Source of the DNA: a virus
Taxonomy: Duplodnaviria; Caudoviricetes
Direction: 5' to 3' (one strand)
Virus record (IMG/VR): IMGVR_UViG_3300020131_000101
Location: 1,091 to 65,090 of that record
Length of the DNA stretch: 64,000 nucleotides
The notes under the pieces are model-generated. The model was not told where the DNA came from. It saw nothing but the letters and a program-made list of their open reading frames with translations, and did not search any database. The position numbers were made by a program, and so were the translations under genes. Positions 7,710 to 17,224 of the stretch are shown one piece after another (positions within the stretch are counted from its first letter, which is position 1; the number at the start of each line of letters is the position of its first letter).

Positions 7710-8851
7710 CAGACTCTCCCTTCAATTTGTAGTGACGCTCGGGAGCGAGGGAAGCTTTCAATAACTACCTTGAAGCTTGAGAACGTCCCGTAGATCATGG
7801 TGGTTTCGAATTTCGTTGATCCGATCCAGACGACCGGAGTCTGGCGGTAGGAGGCGAGTTGGTTTTCTATCGCATCCTTTATGTCGTTGTCGACGATGCA
7901 ATCGACGGTCATCCGCTTCGCGTAGTCGCGCACGACCGTTGTGCTTGTCCCATCGGCGTTGAAGGTTGTGCTCGAGTAGTCCTTGATGTCTGTGCTAACG
8001 TTGCGCTCGGTAATACCAACGTTGACCACAGGCCCGAGGCAGCACATACCGCACTTGGCTGTTCCGCCGGGTTTGTCGATCGAGATTGAGACTGTGGCAG
8101 CGACATACGGAGGCAAATTCGTAAATGCCAGCGCCGTCCTTTTCAGGATGCGGTTGAATCCCCACCCCCAAAAGCTGCTGCCCGAATTCGAGATCAGCAA
8201 GCTCTTCGTCTCTGAATAGACAATCCCATCGGTAGGATCGGTGACCGTGACCGTGACGCTGTCGCCGTCCAGACCTCCGAGAAACACGCCGGTCGCGATC
8301 GATGCCGGCACAAGGTCAACTTCAATTGAGTCAGTGTTTGTTGTCTGGGTATTGTTTTGCGCGTCGAACATCTTCCATTTGTTCGTAGCACTGACTTCGG
8401 TCCAGAACGTGGTATTCGTATCTGGGCTGCGGTTGTAGTTCGACTGAGCGGTCGCTGTGTGCGTGCCGGACTGGCTGCCAGACGTGTTGATCGCGGCACC
8501 ACCAGCCGTAGCCGCAACCTGGAAGGTATCCGTCGTCGGATTGACGACGTAGTAAGTAGTTGCGGCTGCCAGCCCCGTAGGCAAGGCACCCGATGTCGCA
8601 AAGGAAACCGGAGTCCCGGACGATAGGCCATGGGCGGCCCATGTCACAACGCCCGGACTCGCGATCGAGATCGTGACCGCGAGCGACGACGTTGCCTTCA
8701 CCGACTCGTAGATCTTGTGGGTCGATGTCAGGATGCGGCGGTCACCCAGTGCATATGCGACATTGTTCGCCCATGCCGGATAGTCGTTCTCGAAAACGTT
8801 GCTCGCAAAGAGCACCGAGTCGGTCACCGAGATCGGTTCAATGACGTCCAT
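7709..8851 (-). CDS. Tail tip (distal-tail-like) protein with inserted beta domain
   Basis: First gene after the tape measure; start MDVIEPISV; ATNKWKMFD motif. Confidence 0.65.
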   Translation of the reverse strand: MDVIEPISVTDSVLFASNVFENDYPAWANNVAYALGDRRILTSTHKIYESVKATSSLAVTISIASPGVVTWAAHGLSSGTPVSFATSGALPTGLAAATTYYVVNPTTDTFQVAATAGGAAINTSGSQSGTHTATAQSNYNRSPDTNTTFWTEVSATNKWKMFDAQNNTQTTNTDSIEVDLVPASIATGVFLGGLDGDSVTVTVTDPTDGIVYSETKSLLISNSGSSFWGWGFNRILKRTALAFTNLPPYVAATVSISIDKPGGTAKCGMCCLGPVVNVGITERNVSTDIKDYSSTTFNADGTSTTVVRDYAKRMTVDCIVDNDIKDAIENQLASYRQTPVVWIGSTKFETTMIYGTFSSFKVVIESFPRSRASLQIEGRV

Positions 8852-8853
8852 TT

Positions 8854-11800
8854 TTAGGCAATTTCCACTTTGATTGGTCGGCCGCCGAACGTCGCCGCGT
8901 CGATCGCTTCGGCAGTAGAACTGGTGTGAAGGGCAACTGAATACAGGCCGTCCTCGATGCACTTCCTGAGTTCAGCGTTCTCAGCGCGCAATGCACGTAT
9001 TTCCGCAACCAACGCCGAGTCATCCCGACCTGGATTTGTCAAACTGCGCAACAGTGCTGTACTGACGGCATTGCTGAAGATCGTTTCAGGACCGGTGTAA
9101 GCGAGTTCCGGCCCCTTCTCGCCAACCAGTCGCCAGCCACCTGGGTGGTATCCGCCGGTCGCATACCCGTGAATCTTTTTGAACTCATCACTGTTGATGA
9201 AACCTTGAATGACATCGGACGGCGTCAATGCGCCACTGCCAAGAAGATTGGTCCAGTGCGCCAAGCCGGCTGCGTCGCTGGCACGTCCGAGATATTGCGA
9301 GTAGAGCGATTCGACGAACTGCTGATCGGCCGAAGGCGCTACTGCCGAGGCGCCGCTGCCGGCACCTTGGTTTGGCACGGCTACCGGCCGCCCTCCGGCC
9401 GCAACGAGGACCCGATTCAGACTCTCGATCGCATCCCGCACCGACAGCACGCCGAGATTCACACCGTTCAAGGCGTCAATCTGCGTCTGTGCCGATTCCA
9501 GGATGCCGTCGAGACGTCCCATCTCGTCGTTGTAGCGTTGCTCGGCCAGATTGGTCTGATTCTCCAGTTCGCGCAGCGTCTCTTCCTCGATGCTCAACTG
9601 AGAGTCCGTCAAATCCGCGAGCTCCGTGATGCTGTTGCGCTGCCGCTGCAGTTCGCGCTGATAGTCGGAGAACGACACGAACATTTCCTGCGTCGGCTCT
9701 CCAAGCGCGCTGATCGCCGCCTGAATCGACTCCGAATCTGGGAACACGCCACCTGCACGAGCGATCGCCTTCGCGGCCTCGATCTGCGCCAGTGCCATTT
9801 CGCGGGCTGTGCTGACGTCGCTCGGCGCGCGCATGGCGTTGACTGCAGACCGGAGCGTGCTCGACAGGCTGGACAGCCTACTGACCGACTGATTGACGAT
9901 CTTCAGCCTCTCGTTCAGATCGCCGAGGATGCCTTCGTAGTTTTCGGTGATCGCCTTGCGCTGTGCGTCGATAGAACGCTGCAGGCTGCCGTATTGGTTC
10001 TGAACGCTATCCAGGGCAGCCTGCCTCTTGTCCATCGCTGCCTGCTTCACCTTTTCTGCCGAGGACTCGGTAGAGTTGGCGACGAGAAGAAATGCCTCCT
10101 GGATACCCATCAGCTGGGCGTACGCTTTCGCCCCGGCCTCGCTGGACAGATCCAGCGATTTCACCAGGGCGGCAAACTGTTCCTTTGTCCGGATACCAGA
10201 CCAGCCCACCGTCGCCAGCACCTCATCCACCTGTTTGATCACAGGGGCAAGGCGCTCCTCTTCTGATAGGAAGTTCTGCGAGAAGAAGTCAGTTCCGGCT
10301 GCCAGCTTGTCGATTCCGCCGGCGAGGTCGATGATGCGCTGGCGCGCTGCCGCCGAAGCCAGGCCGGCAACGCCGAATGCCGTTTCCGCGTTCTTGCCGA
10401 GGAGCTGTGCGACCGAATTGGTTGCTGCGAAGACCGTACTGAGTCGCGCGAAGGTGTCGATGACGGTTTCGCCCTTGGAAGCAGCCCCTTCCAGCTTCTT
10501 GAAGTCGATGGCTTCGCCAAAGACCTTGGCAAACCCGGCATTCTTGACGAACTCGCCGCCCAGGCTAAACAGCTGGGACGTGAACGCCGCAAGCTGGCCT
10601 TCCACACCCTCCACTCCGGCCAGCGCTGCCCGGCGCGCATCGAAGATCCGGACAATGTCATCAATGAATGGCTCGATCGCGGATGCGACGCGGCTCTTGG
10701 AAACAGTCTCTCCCGTGCCGAAGTTGCGCTCGCCGTCGATCGTGTTGGTGAAGTACCGGTTCGCCGCCTGCTCGGCTGTATCGATCGAGGTACGGAAGGC
10801 ATCGACGAATTCCCGCGCCATGCTGTCCGACATGGAGGACAGGGCGCGCTGGATCTCTTCTTGCTTTCCTGCATCGTCGAAGTCGCGGAGGGCTAGGCGG
10901 AATTCGTACGAAAACCCCTTTAATAGGTCGCCGCCGGCGCCAATGGTGTCGCCGAGGGACGAGAAGTTGTCGTACATGCTCTTCACGGCAGACGAGAACG
11001 TCTGGTCGACGGCTGTGTCCAGCGCCGATGTGACGGTCTTGTCGCCGCGGAGGAATCCCCCCTTTCTGAACTCGTACGACTGACCGGAGAACTGATCACC
11101 CGTAATGGAACCGAGCACGCCCGAGCCGGCAAGCTTCGTGCCGAATGCGCGGTTGATCGTCCCAGTGACCAGGCCACCGATCGGGCCGAACAGCATGCCG
11201 ATATTGTTCAGCGCCTGGCCATGATTGATCTTGTAGCCGTTCGAGATCAGCGAGGAAATACCTCGGCTGGCGAGCATAGAAGCAACAATGCTTGCCACCT
11301 GGCCGGCGGCGGAGGCAAACGGCGTCGCACCAGTTTCCGCGGCACTTGGCAAGCCGGCCTCGAAAGCGGCGTCAGAGAAGCGTGTGGCGTTCCCGGTCCA
11401 GCCGACGGCGTCCATGGCACGTTGAACAGCTGCGGTAACTGTATTGCCGACACCACTGAATCCCGTACTGAAGCCGTCCCAAAGCGTCCTGCCCATTGAG
11501 AACAAGTTTGAAGTCTGCATCAAACCGCTGACGCCGCCAGTAGCTGGTACGGCAGCCGGATTCAGAATGGAAGCGCCGAATGCTGCAATCGGCTGAATGA
11601 TTGGACTGAATACCAGGCGCGCAAAGGATGCCTTCAGGCCATCGATCAGACTCTTGAAGATGTCCTTCCCTTTTGTGACGCCGCGACCGATCGCATCCCC
11701 AATCCAGTCCTCAATGCGATCAAAATCGCGCTTCCACTGGTCCGACAATTTCTTCGCAGCATCCAGCGCGTCGACCTTGGACAGAGCGGCCGCACTACGC

Positions 11801-13731
11801 CTTTTCGCGTCAATCAGCTTTTCGAGACTTTCAATCTCGTCCAACGTGAGGCCGAGCGAAGATCTTTGGGCGTACTGTTCTTCCAGGCGCGCCAGTTCTA
11901 CTGCCGCGATCTCGCCACGGGTCATTCCGTATGTCTCAGCCAGGCGTTCGTTTGAGTCTGCTTCCCGTTGCGCACTCTCGACAGCCTTTTTCGATTCGGA
12001 TGCGATCGAGCTGTAAAGCCGCTCAATTTCAACCTTTGCGGCCTTCGACCGCTCGAGCGTTTCCAGGGTGCCGAGCCTTGCAAGGGCGAGATCCTTCTCC
12101 TTGCTGGTGAGGCTAATTGCGCCGGACGCCAAGTCGGCATACAGCTTCGCACGCATCTTCTCCGCTTCGGTCAGCTTCTCGGAAGACGACAGCGCGGCAT
12201 TCTCAACGGCGATCTTTTCCGATATGGTGCGGATCAGCTTCTCATAATCACTGATCGCATCTGACACATCCTTCTTGTTTCCACTCGTATAGCCGAGAGT
12301 CTTCTTCTGTGGCGGAGTAGCGGCCACTTCGCCAGAAAACCGTCGATCATTGAAGACAACACGACCTAGATTTGCATTAACGGCATCTTCATAGGCTTTA
12401 GTGTTTGACTTGCCCAGCGCGGCCCAAGCGGCATCGGTTTCTTTCCGAACCTTGCCATTGCGCATGTTGTCAATGAATCGTCCCCAGCGCTCTGAGAAAG
12501 TCGTGTCTTCGTTTGGCGTCAAACCAGGCAGAAGAGCAATCGCGACTCCCTTTGAGTTTTCCAGCCAGTTCCTACCTTCGGCGCGAAGAGCTGCAATTAC
12601 CCGTTTTGCGTATAAGGCCTTGTCAATGACGGTTGCGATGCTTGATGCGACATCATCCGCCCACTCTTTGAGCCCGCTTCCCTTAGCCATGCCTTCTGAT
12701 GCGGCATTGTTATCGTTAATTGCCTTCAAAAGCGCATTCATAGCCGGCACCAAGGCCTCTGCGATGGATGTGTACAGCTCCTGTGACTGCACACGCATGA
12801 TGCCGAGTTGATCCTTGAACTCAGACGCCCTCTTTGCAGCATCGGATGAGGCACCGCCGAACTTGTCGACGTTCTCCGCCAGATCGTTTAGGTATGGCAA
12901 CAAGTCGGCGCCGGCCTTGCCGAAGAGGTCAGTAGCCAGCGCTGCTTTTGATGCGCCGTCTTCGTAGTTCTGTAGATTCCGAGCGATGTCAACCATCACC
13001 TCGGACGGGTCTCGCAACTTACCGGCAGCATCCCGCGCGGAGACGCCAATTGCTGAAAGTGCGCGGTTGACCTTATTCGACTCGTCATCGACGGTAGCCA
13101 TGCCCTTGGCCAGCTTACTAATGGCACTGTCAACCGAACCAAAGTCGGTATCAAATGCAGCTGCAACCTTCTGTAGCCTGCTCAGATTTTCGACGGACGA
13201 ACCGGTTTTTTGGGCTACGTCGTCCAGGCGTGCAAGAGTGTCGATCGCGGCGTTTATCTGACTGATGATTGTTCCGACGCTTACGAGCGTTGCGATAGAT
13301 GCAGCGGCGACCTTTGCATAGTCAGAGATCGATCCAAAGGCACGCCCAAGACCATCCGCTGATTGCTCAACAGCTTTATGCTTGGCATTTACCTGATCAA
13401 GCCGATCCAGGTAAGGCCTCAACTGGTTAAGGTCTGCGCCGCGAATACGGGCCAGCGCCTCTTGGTACTCACGAGAGGTCTTGCTTCCCGCTTCAAGTGA
13501 TGCGACAAGGCGCTGAATCGAATTGATCTGGTTGCGCGTCGCTGCGTCGACCTTGGCGGCAGAGCCTGCAGCGTTCTCGCCAATCTTCGAAAATCCGGCA
13601 GCGGCAGACTTGCCCGAAGCCGCGGCCGATGCGCCAAGATCATTGAGCGATTTCTTCGCTCTGCCGACACCAGCTTCAACGCCGGAGGCGTCCGCACTGA
13701 TCTCGATCTGCGCTTTCAAATCACCTGACAT
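8854..13731 (-). CDS. Tail tape measure protein (~1625 aa)
   Basis: Ala-rich helical giant ORF after the tail chaperones; C-terminal YATGG...VGEKGPE motif. Confidence 0.93.
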   Translation of the reverse strand: MSGDLKAQIEISADASGVEAGVGRAKKSLNDLGASAAASGKSAAAGFSKIGENAAGSAAKVDAATRNQINSIQRLVASLEAGSKTSREYQEALARIRGADLNQLRPYLDRLDQVNAKHKAVEQSADGLGRAFGSISDYAKVAAASIATLVSVGTIISQINAAIDTLARLDDVAQKTGSSVENLSRLQKVAAAFDTDFGSVDSAISKLAKGMATVDDESNKVNRALSAIGVSARDAAGKLRDPSEVMVDIARNLQNYEDGASKAALATDLFGKAGADLLPYLNDLAENVDKFGGASSDAAKRASEFKDQLGIMRVQSQELYTSIAEALVPAMNALLKAINDNNAASEGMAKGSGLKEWADDVASSIATVIDKALYAKRVIAALRAEGRNWLENSKGVAIALLPGLTPNEDTTFSERWGRFIDNMRNGKVRKETDAAWAALGKSNTKAYEDAVNANLGRVVFNDRRFSGEVAATPPQKKTLGYTSGNKKDVSDAISDYEKLIRTISEKIAVENAALSSSEKLTEAEKMRAKLYADLASGAISLTSKEKDLALARLGTLETLERSKAAKVEIERLYSSIASESKKAVESAQREADSNERLAETYGMTRGEIAAVELARLEEQYAQRSSLGLTLDEIESLEKLIDAKRRSAAALSKVDALDAAKKLSDQWKRDFDRIEDWIGDAIGRGVTKGKDIFKSLIDGLKASFARLVFSPIIQPIAAFGASILNPAAVPATGGVSGLMQTSNLFSMGRTLWDGFSTGFSGVGNTVTAAVQRAMDAVGWTGNATRFSDAAFEAGLPSAAETGATPFASAAGQVASIVASMLASRGISSLISNGYKINHGQALNNIGMLFGPIGGLVTGTINRAFGTKLAGSGVLGSITGDQFSGQSYEFRKGGFLRGDKTVTSALDTAVDQTFSSAVKSMYDNFSSLGDTIGAGGDLLKGFSYEFRLALRDFDDAGKQEEIQRALSSMSDSMAREFVDAFRTSIDTAEQAANRYFTNTIDGERNFGTGETVSKSRVASAIEPFIDDIVRIFDARRAALAGVEGVEGQLAAFTSQLFSLGGEFVKNAGFAKVFGEAIDFKKLEGAASKGETVIDTFARLSTVFAATNSVAQLLGKNAETAFGVAGLASAAARQRIIDLAGGIDKLAAGTDFFSQNFLSEEERLAPVIKQVDEVLATVGWSGIRTKEQFAALVKSLDLSSEAGAKAYAQLMGIQEAFLLVANSTESSAEKVKQAAMDKRQAALDSVQNQYGSLQRSIDAQRKAITENYEGILGDLNERLKIVNQSVSRLSSLSSTLRSAVNAMRAPSDVSTAREMALAQIEAAKAIARAGGVFPDSESIQAAISALGEPTQEMFVSFSDYQRELQRQRNSITELADLTDSQLSIEEETLRELENQTNLAEQRYNDEMGRLDGILESAQTQIDALNGVNLGVLSVRDAIESLNRVLVAAGGRPVAVPNQGAGSGASAVAPSADQQFVESLYSQYLGRASDAAGLAHWTNLLGSGALTPSDVIQGFINSDEFKKIHGYATGGYHPGGWRLVGEKGPELAYTGPETIFSNAVSTALLRSLTNPGRDDSALVAEIRALRAENAELRKCIEDGLYSVALHTSSTAEAIDAATFGGRPIKVEIA

Positions 13732-13827
13732 CTCGTCTGCCCATAAAAAAAGCCCGCCGAAGCGAGCTCTATAAGTAAAAAGGCCCACCGGGATACCCCT
13801 GGTGGGCCAATACGTACTGCTTACATC

Positions 13828-14025
13828 CTAATCTGATTTATTTGCAATGCCTTCCATTGCCCGAGTAAATACATACGGAATCACTACCATTGCCAAAGCC
13901 ATCGCAGCGCCTGCGGCCTCTTGCGGAGCGCTCTTAGAATCCAGCATCGCAGACAAGAACAATGAAACTGCTGGCAGTGACGATAGCGCCGTAATAATCC
14001 AACACACCTTTACAAACCACCTCAT
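13828..14025 (-). CDS. Small two-TM membrane protein (moron)
   Basis: GGAGG RBS; MRWFVKVCWII..SAPQEAAGAAMALAMVVIPYVF. Confidence 0.7.
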   Translation of the reverse strand: MRWFVKVCWIITALSSLPAVSLFLSAMLDSKSAPQEAAGAAMALAMVVIPYVFTRAMEGIANKSD

Positions 14026-14066
14026 ACCCCCTCCCAGTGAAAGGGGTATGTTACTACAGCGTCTCC

Positions 14067-14567
14067 TTACAGCATGCACCCCTCATGAAGCCGACGCTTT
14101 GCGCAGACATACGCTTCATGCGCCTCTTCCTTTGTCTCCCATAGACCAAGATGCTTGTTCTTACGATTAACTCTGATGCTGGCGGCCCACTTCTTATGAC
14201 GACCAGACCAGGTTACCCCTAGAAGCCCGCTTGATCGATTATTGCACTGAGCTTCTCGGCGATTCTCATTATTGGTTCGCCTAGATACATCGCGGAGATT
14301 GGCGATTCGATTGTCTGAGCGCACGCCATTGATATGGTCCACCTCATTTTTCGGCCACTCCCCACAAACATATAGCCATGCCAATCGATGCGCTCGAAAA
14401 CGACCTTCGGGGAGTCCAATAAGGATATATCCATGGCCGTTCTTCGACCCGGCCATGTCCCCTACCCTTGTGTTCCGCGAAATGCTGACCTTTCTCGTAA
14501 ATATTCCTGTTTCAGGGTCATAGGATAAAAGTTCCCGCAATCGCTCCGCGGTAAGCTCCTTAGCCAT
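14067..14567 (-). CDS. HNH homing endonuclease with C-terminal AP2-like domain
   Basis: YDPETGIF, AHRLAW, VDHINGVRSDNRIANLR, SGLLGV..KKW.A.I..HLG. Confidence 0.92.
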   Translation of the reverse strand: MAKELTAERLRELLSYDPETGIFTRKVSISRNTRVGDMAGSKNGHGYILIGLPEGRFRAHRLAWLYVCGEWPKNEVDHINGVRSDNRIANLRDVSRRTNNENRREAQCNNRSSGLLGVTWSGRHKKWAASIRVNRKNKHLGLWETKEEAHEAYVCAKRRLHEGCML

Positions 14568-15154
14568 CAGGCCACCCTCCGCAGGTACTGACTTTCAATG
14601 AACTGTCCCATGCGCGCATTCGCGAGCTCGACGACCTTATTGAGAAGCGATATTGGCACGTATTCATTGATCAACGTGCTCAAGTCACCGAAGGCGGCCG
14701 GATCGATAATCGCGGCGTTCAATGGGACTTCAGTAAATTGCTCTTGCCCATTCGAACTGAAACTGACTAGCCAGCGGCGGCTCAAGATACTGACCGGCTG
14801 GGTCTGCGCCTTGTACTGACCAGTCTTTCGAATGGCCGGCAGCACCTCACCTGTCACCCACTTTCTGAAACGGTACGGCACCGTTCCCGGCTTCACTGCA
14901 TTCCGGCACCGAAGAATCACCGTGTACAGCCCAGATTCGCTGATCACATTAATTTTCTGCTTGCCACGAACGGTGTCACTTAAAGTTACACCCTTTTCAT
15001 CGGCGTCCAGATTCGAAATCGCTTTTCGTGGATTTTCCAAGCCAAGCGCGCCGCACACGTCATTTGCAGAAAACCAAGGCTCACCGTCCTTCAGGAACGT
15101 CCTTACCCAATGGTTATCAAATTTAAAAACGTCATGCTCTGTGCTAATATTCAT
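14567..15154 (-). CDS. BRO-N domain antirepressor-like protein
   Basis: GEPWFSANDVC..L, ISESGLYTVI, FRKWVTGEVLPAIRKTGQY. Confidence 0.9.
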   Translation of the reverse strand: MNISTEHDVFKFDNHWVRTFLKDGEPWFSANDVCGALGLENPRKAISNLDADEKGVTLSDTVRGKQKINVISESGLYTVILRCRNAVKPGTVPYRFRKWVTGEVLPAIRKTGQYKAQTQPVSILSRRWLVSFSSNGQEQFTEVPLNAAIIDPAAFGDLSTLINEYVPISLLNKVVELANARMGQFIESQYLRRVA

Positions 15155-15191
15155 TCGTTCACCTTTTCCGAGTTGAACACCAAAGCCCTGA

Positions 15192-15374
15192 CTACTGCTT
15201 CCCGGCACTGTTCAGGGCTTTTTCCTTTTGAGCCTCGGCTGCAGCCACGCCAGCCTTAAGCAAGCTCACCATCTGCCAATTCAGACTTCTCTCCGCCCCC
15301 CTTGCCAGCGCGACTGCTTGCGCATGCACGTCTGCCGGTATCCGGAGTGTGATCCTCACCTGGTCCTTCTTCAC
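15192..15374 (-). CDS. Arc/ribbon-helix-helix DNA-binding protein
   Basis: ITLRIPADVH....A...RSLN. Confidence 0.8.
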   Translation of the reverse strand: MKKDQVRITLRIPADVHAQAVALARGAERSLNWQMVSLLKAGVAAAEAQKEKALNSAGKQ

Positions 15375-15388
15375 TCATCCCCCTTTCC

Positions 15389-15451
15389 GTCACTAATGTA
15401 GTGACATGCAGTCACTATACAGTCACTGATGCCTAGTGTCAACATAGTGAC
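15389..15451. promoter_or_regulatory. Operator array and leftward sigma70 promoter between divergent Arc-like genes
   Basis: Six GTCACTA/TAGTGAC-like half-sites; TTGACA (15437-15442)-17 bp-TATAGT (15414-15419) on minus strand. Confidence 0.8.
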
Positions 15452-15697
15452 ATGGAAGATCAATATCGAAGCCAGTTTCGGCTCCCGTACCCCCTATATG
15501 AGCGCCTGAAGGATGCCGCAAGCGCATCTGGACGCTCCTTGAATTCAGAAGTCGTGTTCCGACTGGAACAAAGCTTCAACCTTGCAGGCGACCTCACTAC
15601 TGTTTCCGACGCCCAGATTCTTCAGGAAATGGTTAAGAGGTTCGGGGGCGGCGTCCAGATTACTGTCACCAAGGTTGATCCGGACCAAGCTCCCTAA
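15452..15697 (+). CDS. Arc/Mnt family repressor
   Basis: SQFRLPYPLYERLKDAA..SGRSLNSEVVFRLEQSF. Confidence 0.88.
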   Translation: MEDQYRSQFRLPYPLYERLKDAASASGRSLNSEVVFRLEQSFNLAGDLTTVSDAQILQEMVKRFGGGVQITVTKVDPDQAP

Positions 15698-16004
15698 CTT
15701 TTTTCGTGCATGACTTCCAGCGCCACCCGCTCAAGCACTTGAAGATCGTCGAATAGCGCGCTCCACTCCTCGTCGGTCAATCCCATACGGTTCATCAACG
15801 GGATGACCGCCTCATAACAAAGTCCAGTTGCGCCGCCCACGCCCACGCGCCACTGAGTTGAGAGGCGCTGGAACAACTCCACCGCCCGGACGTTTTCCGG
15901 CCATAACTCGACGGGTTCCTGCACATCGTCGAGTGTGAGCCCGAACATCTCAAGTTCTTTAGCGTCCGGAGGCGGGGTATATATCGCGCGGGCGACTTCC
16001 GCTA
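15694..16004 (-). CDS. Tail assembly chaperone C-terminal (gpT-like) part, reached by -1 frameshift
   Basis: -1 frame open from the slippery site (LAEVARAIYTPPPDAKELEMFG...); WPEN..F..L.TQWR..G.TGL.Y motif. Confidence 0.85.
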
Positions 16005-16325
16005 GTTTTTTTGGCGGTACCCGGCGCCAGTGGATTCGCGCAGATAAGTTTCGAAGATCGCCTGGCTAGAACCGACATATTGCTGAGCCAGTTGCTCGAC
16101 GTGCTCCTCATCAAACGGCTCAGCCAGCTCCCATCCAGAGCACATGTCCATGATCACTTCGACATCTCCCCTCCCATCGTTCGACTCCATGAACTCCTTC
16201 AGCTGGTCTTTCGACCTGTGCTTGAACGTGAACTCGACATCGGTAGTGCCGGCACCAGGGACGGGGATTGCTACCTTTGCCTTGAAGGTAGGATTCGGGG
16301 TCAGTACGAGCTTTGCTTTTGCCAT
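16002..16325 (-). CDS. Tail assembly chaperone (gpG-like)
   Basis: PNPTFKAKVAIPVPG..FTFKH..GWEL..F; ends at A AAA AAC TAG. Confidence 0.88.
   Translation of the reverse strand: MAKAKLVLTPNPTFKAKVAIPVPGAGTTDVEFTFKHRSKDQLKEFMESNDGRGDVEVIMDMCSGWELAEPFDEEHVEQLAQQYVGSSQAIFETYLRESTGAGYRQKN
16005..16012 (-). other. Programmed -1 ribosomal frameshift slippery site
   Basis: AAAAAAAC immediately before the TAG; the -1 frame joins the next ORF in frame. Confidence 0.85.
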
Positions 16326-16434
16326 GGTTAAAACCTTTCGCGTGGTATCGAAGATTGCCCGTGTCCAGCCCGCCCGCCACGCGAATGGCGAAGCGAGCCG
16401 GATCGGTGCTCTGTGGTTGTGGTGCTATCAGTGA

Positions 16435-17082
16435 TTAGCTGGCATACCGGACGGGGCGCGACAGGAGGGACAGCGTCGCCTGAACGGCCATGACCTGGTT
16501 TTTGGTCATCGACGGCGTTTCGTTGAAGCCGACATAACCGTTGTAGAGCGCGATCGCGCTGTTCGGGAACGTAATCTTCGACGCACGGGTTGCGCGCGCT
16601 TCGGCTGCCGTTTTCAGCGTGGTGTAGCCGGTCTGGGACGGGTCGTCAGCGATGCTGAGTGTGATCGTCTGCGGGCTTGCCTGCGTCGGCAGCTGAGTCT
16701 CGAAGTCCTGCTCGAGGAAGCTGTAGCTGGTGAACTGCATATCGCCGCCGCTGGTCTGGCAGTCGAGGATCTGGGTGATCTGCGTCCAGGTCGTGACTTT
16801 CTGCACGCTGCCGGTGCCAGAGCCCGCCGGGTAATCGGTAGTGCTCGACGTGTCGTAACCTTCGAGGTTGAAGGTGTTGGCAGTCACGCCGGAGACACGC
16901 ACCACGCGGTTGTTGAGCTTCGCCCAGCCACTGGTCACGACAACATAGTCGCCGTTGCTCAGGCCGTGAGCAGTCGAGGTTGCGACAGCCGGATTGGCAT
17001 TGGTCAGCGCGGTCACGGTCAGCGCCGAGCCATACGCCGTCGCAAGGGCAATGGTGATGCCATTCGGGAGAGATACAGCCAT
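16435..17082 (-). CDS. Major tail (tube) protein
   Basis: MAVSLPNG..., WTQITQI..SGGDMQF..FLE, YNGYVGFNETPS. Confidence 0.9.
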   Translation of the reverse strand: MAVSLPNGITIALATAYGSALTVTALTNANPAVATSTAHGLSNGDYVVVTSGWAKLNNRVVRVSGVTANTFNLEGYDTSSTTDYPAGSGTGSVQKVTTWTQITQILDCQTSGGDMQFTSYSFLEQDFETQLPTQASPQTITLSIADDPSQTGYTTLKTAAEARATRASKITFPNSAIALYNGYVGFNETPSMTKNQVMAVQATLSLLSRPVRYAS

Positions 17083-17224
17083 GATTTACCTTTCTTGCCC
17101 ACTTGGGCATAAAAAAAGCCCCTTGAGGGGGCAAGAAACGTCGGTCACACGATCGACGGAAACGAAAAAGCCGCCGAGGATCGCTCCTGGGCGGCTTTAC
17201 TGGGTGGCCTTTCGGCCGAAGTCT

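Noticed and set aside
9145-11083. Long plus-strand ORFs (373 and 351 aa) opposite the tape measure
   Set aside because: Antisense shadows typical of GC-rich coding DNA; no motifs
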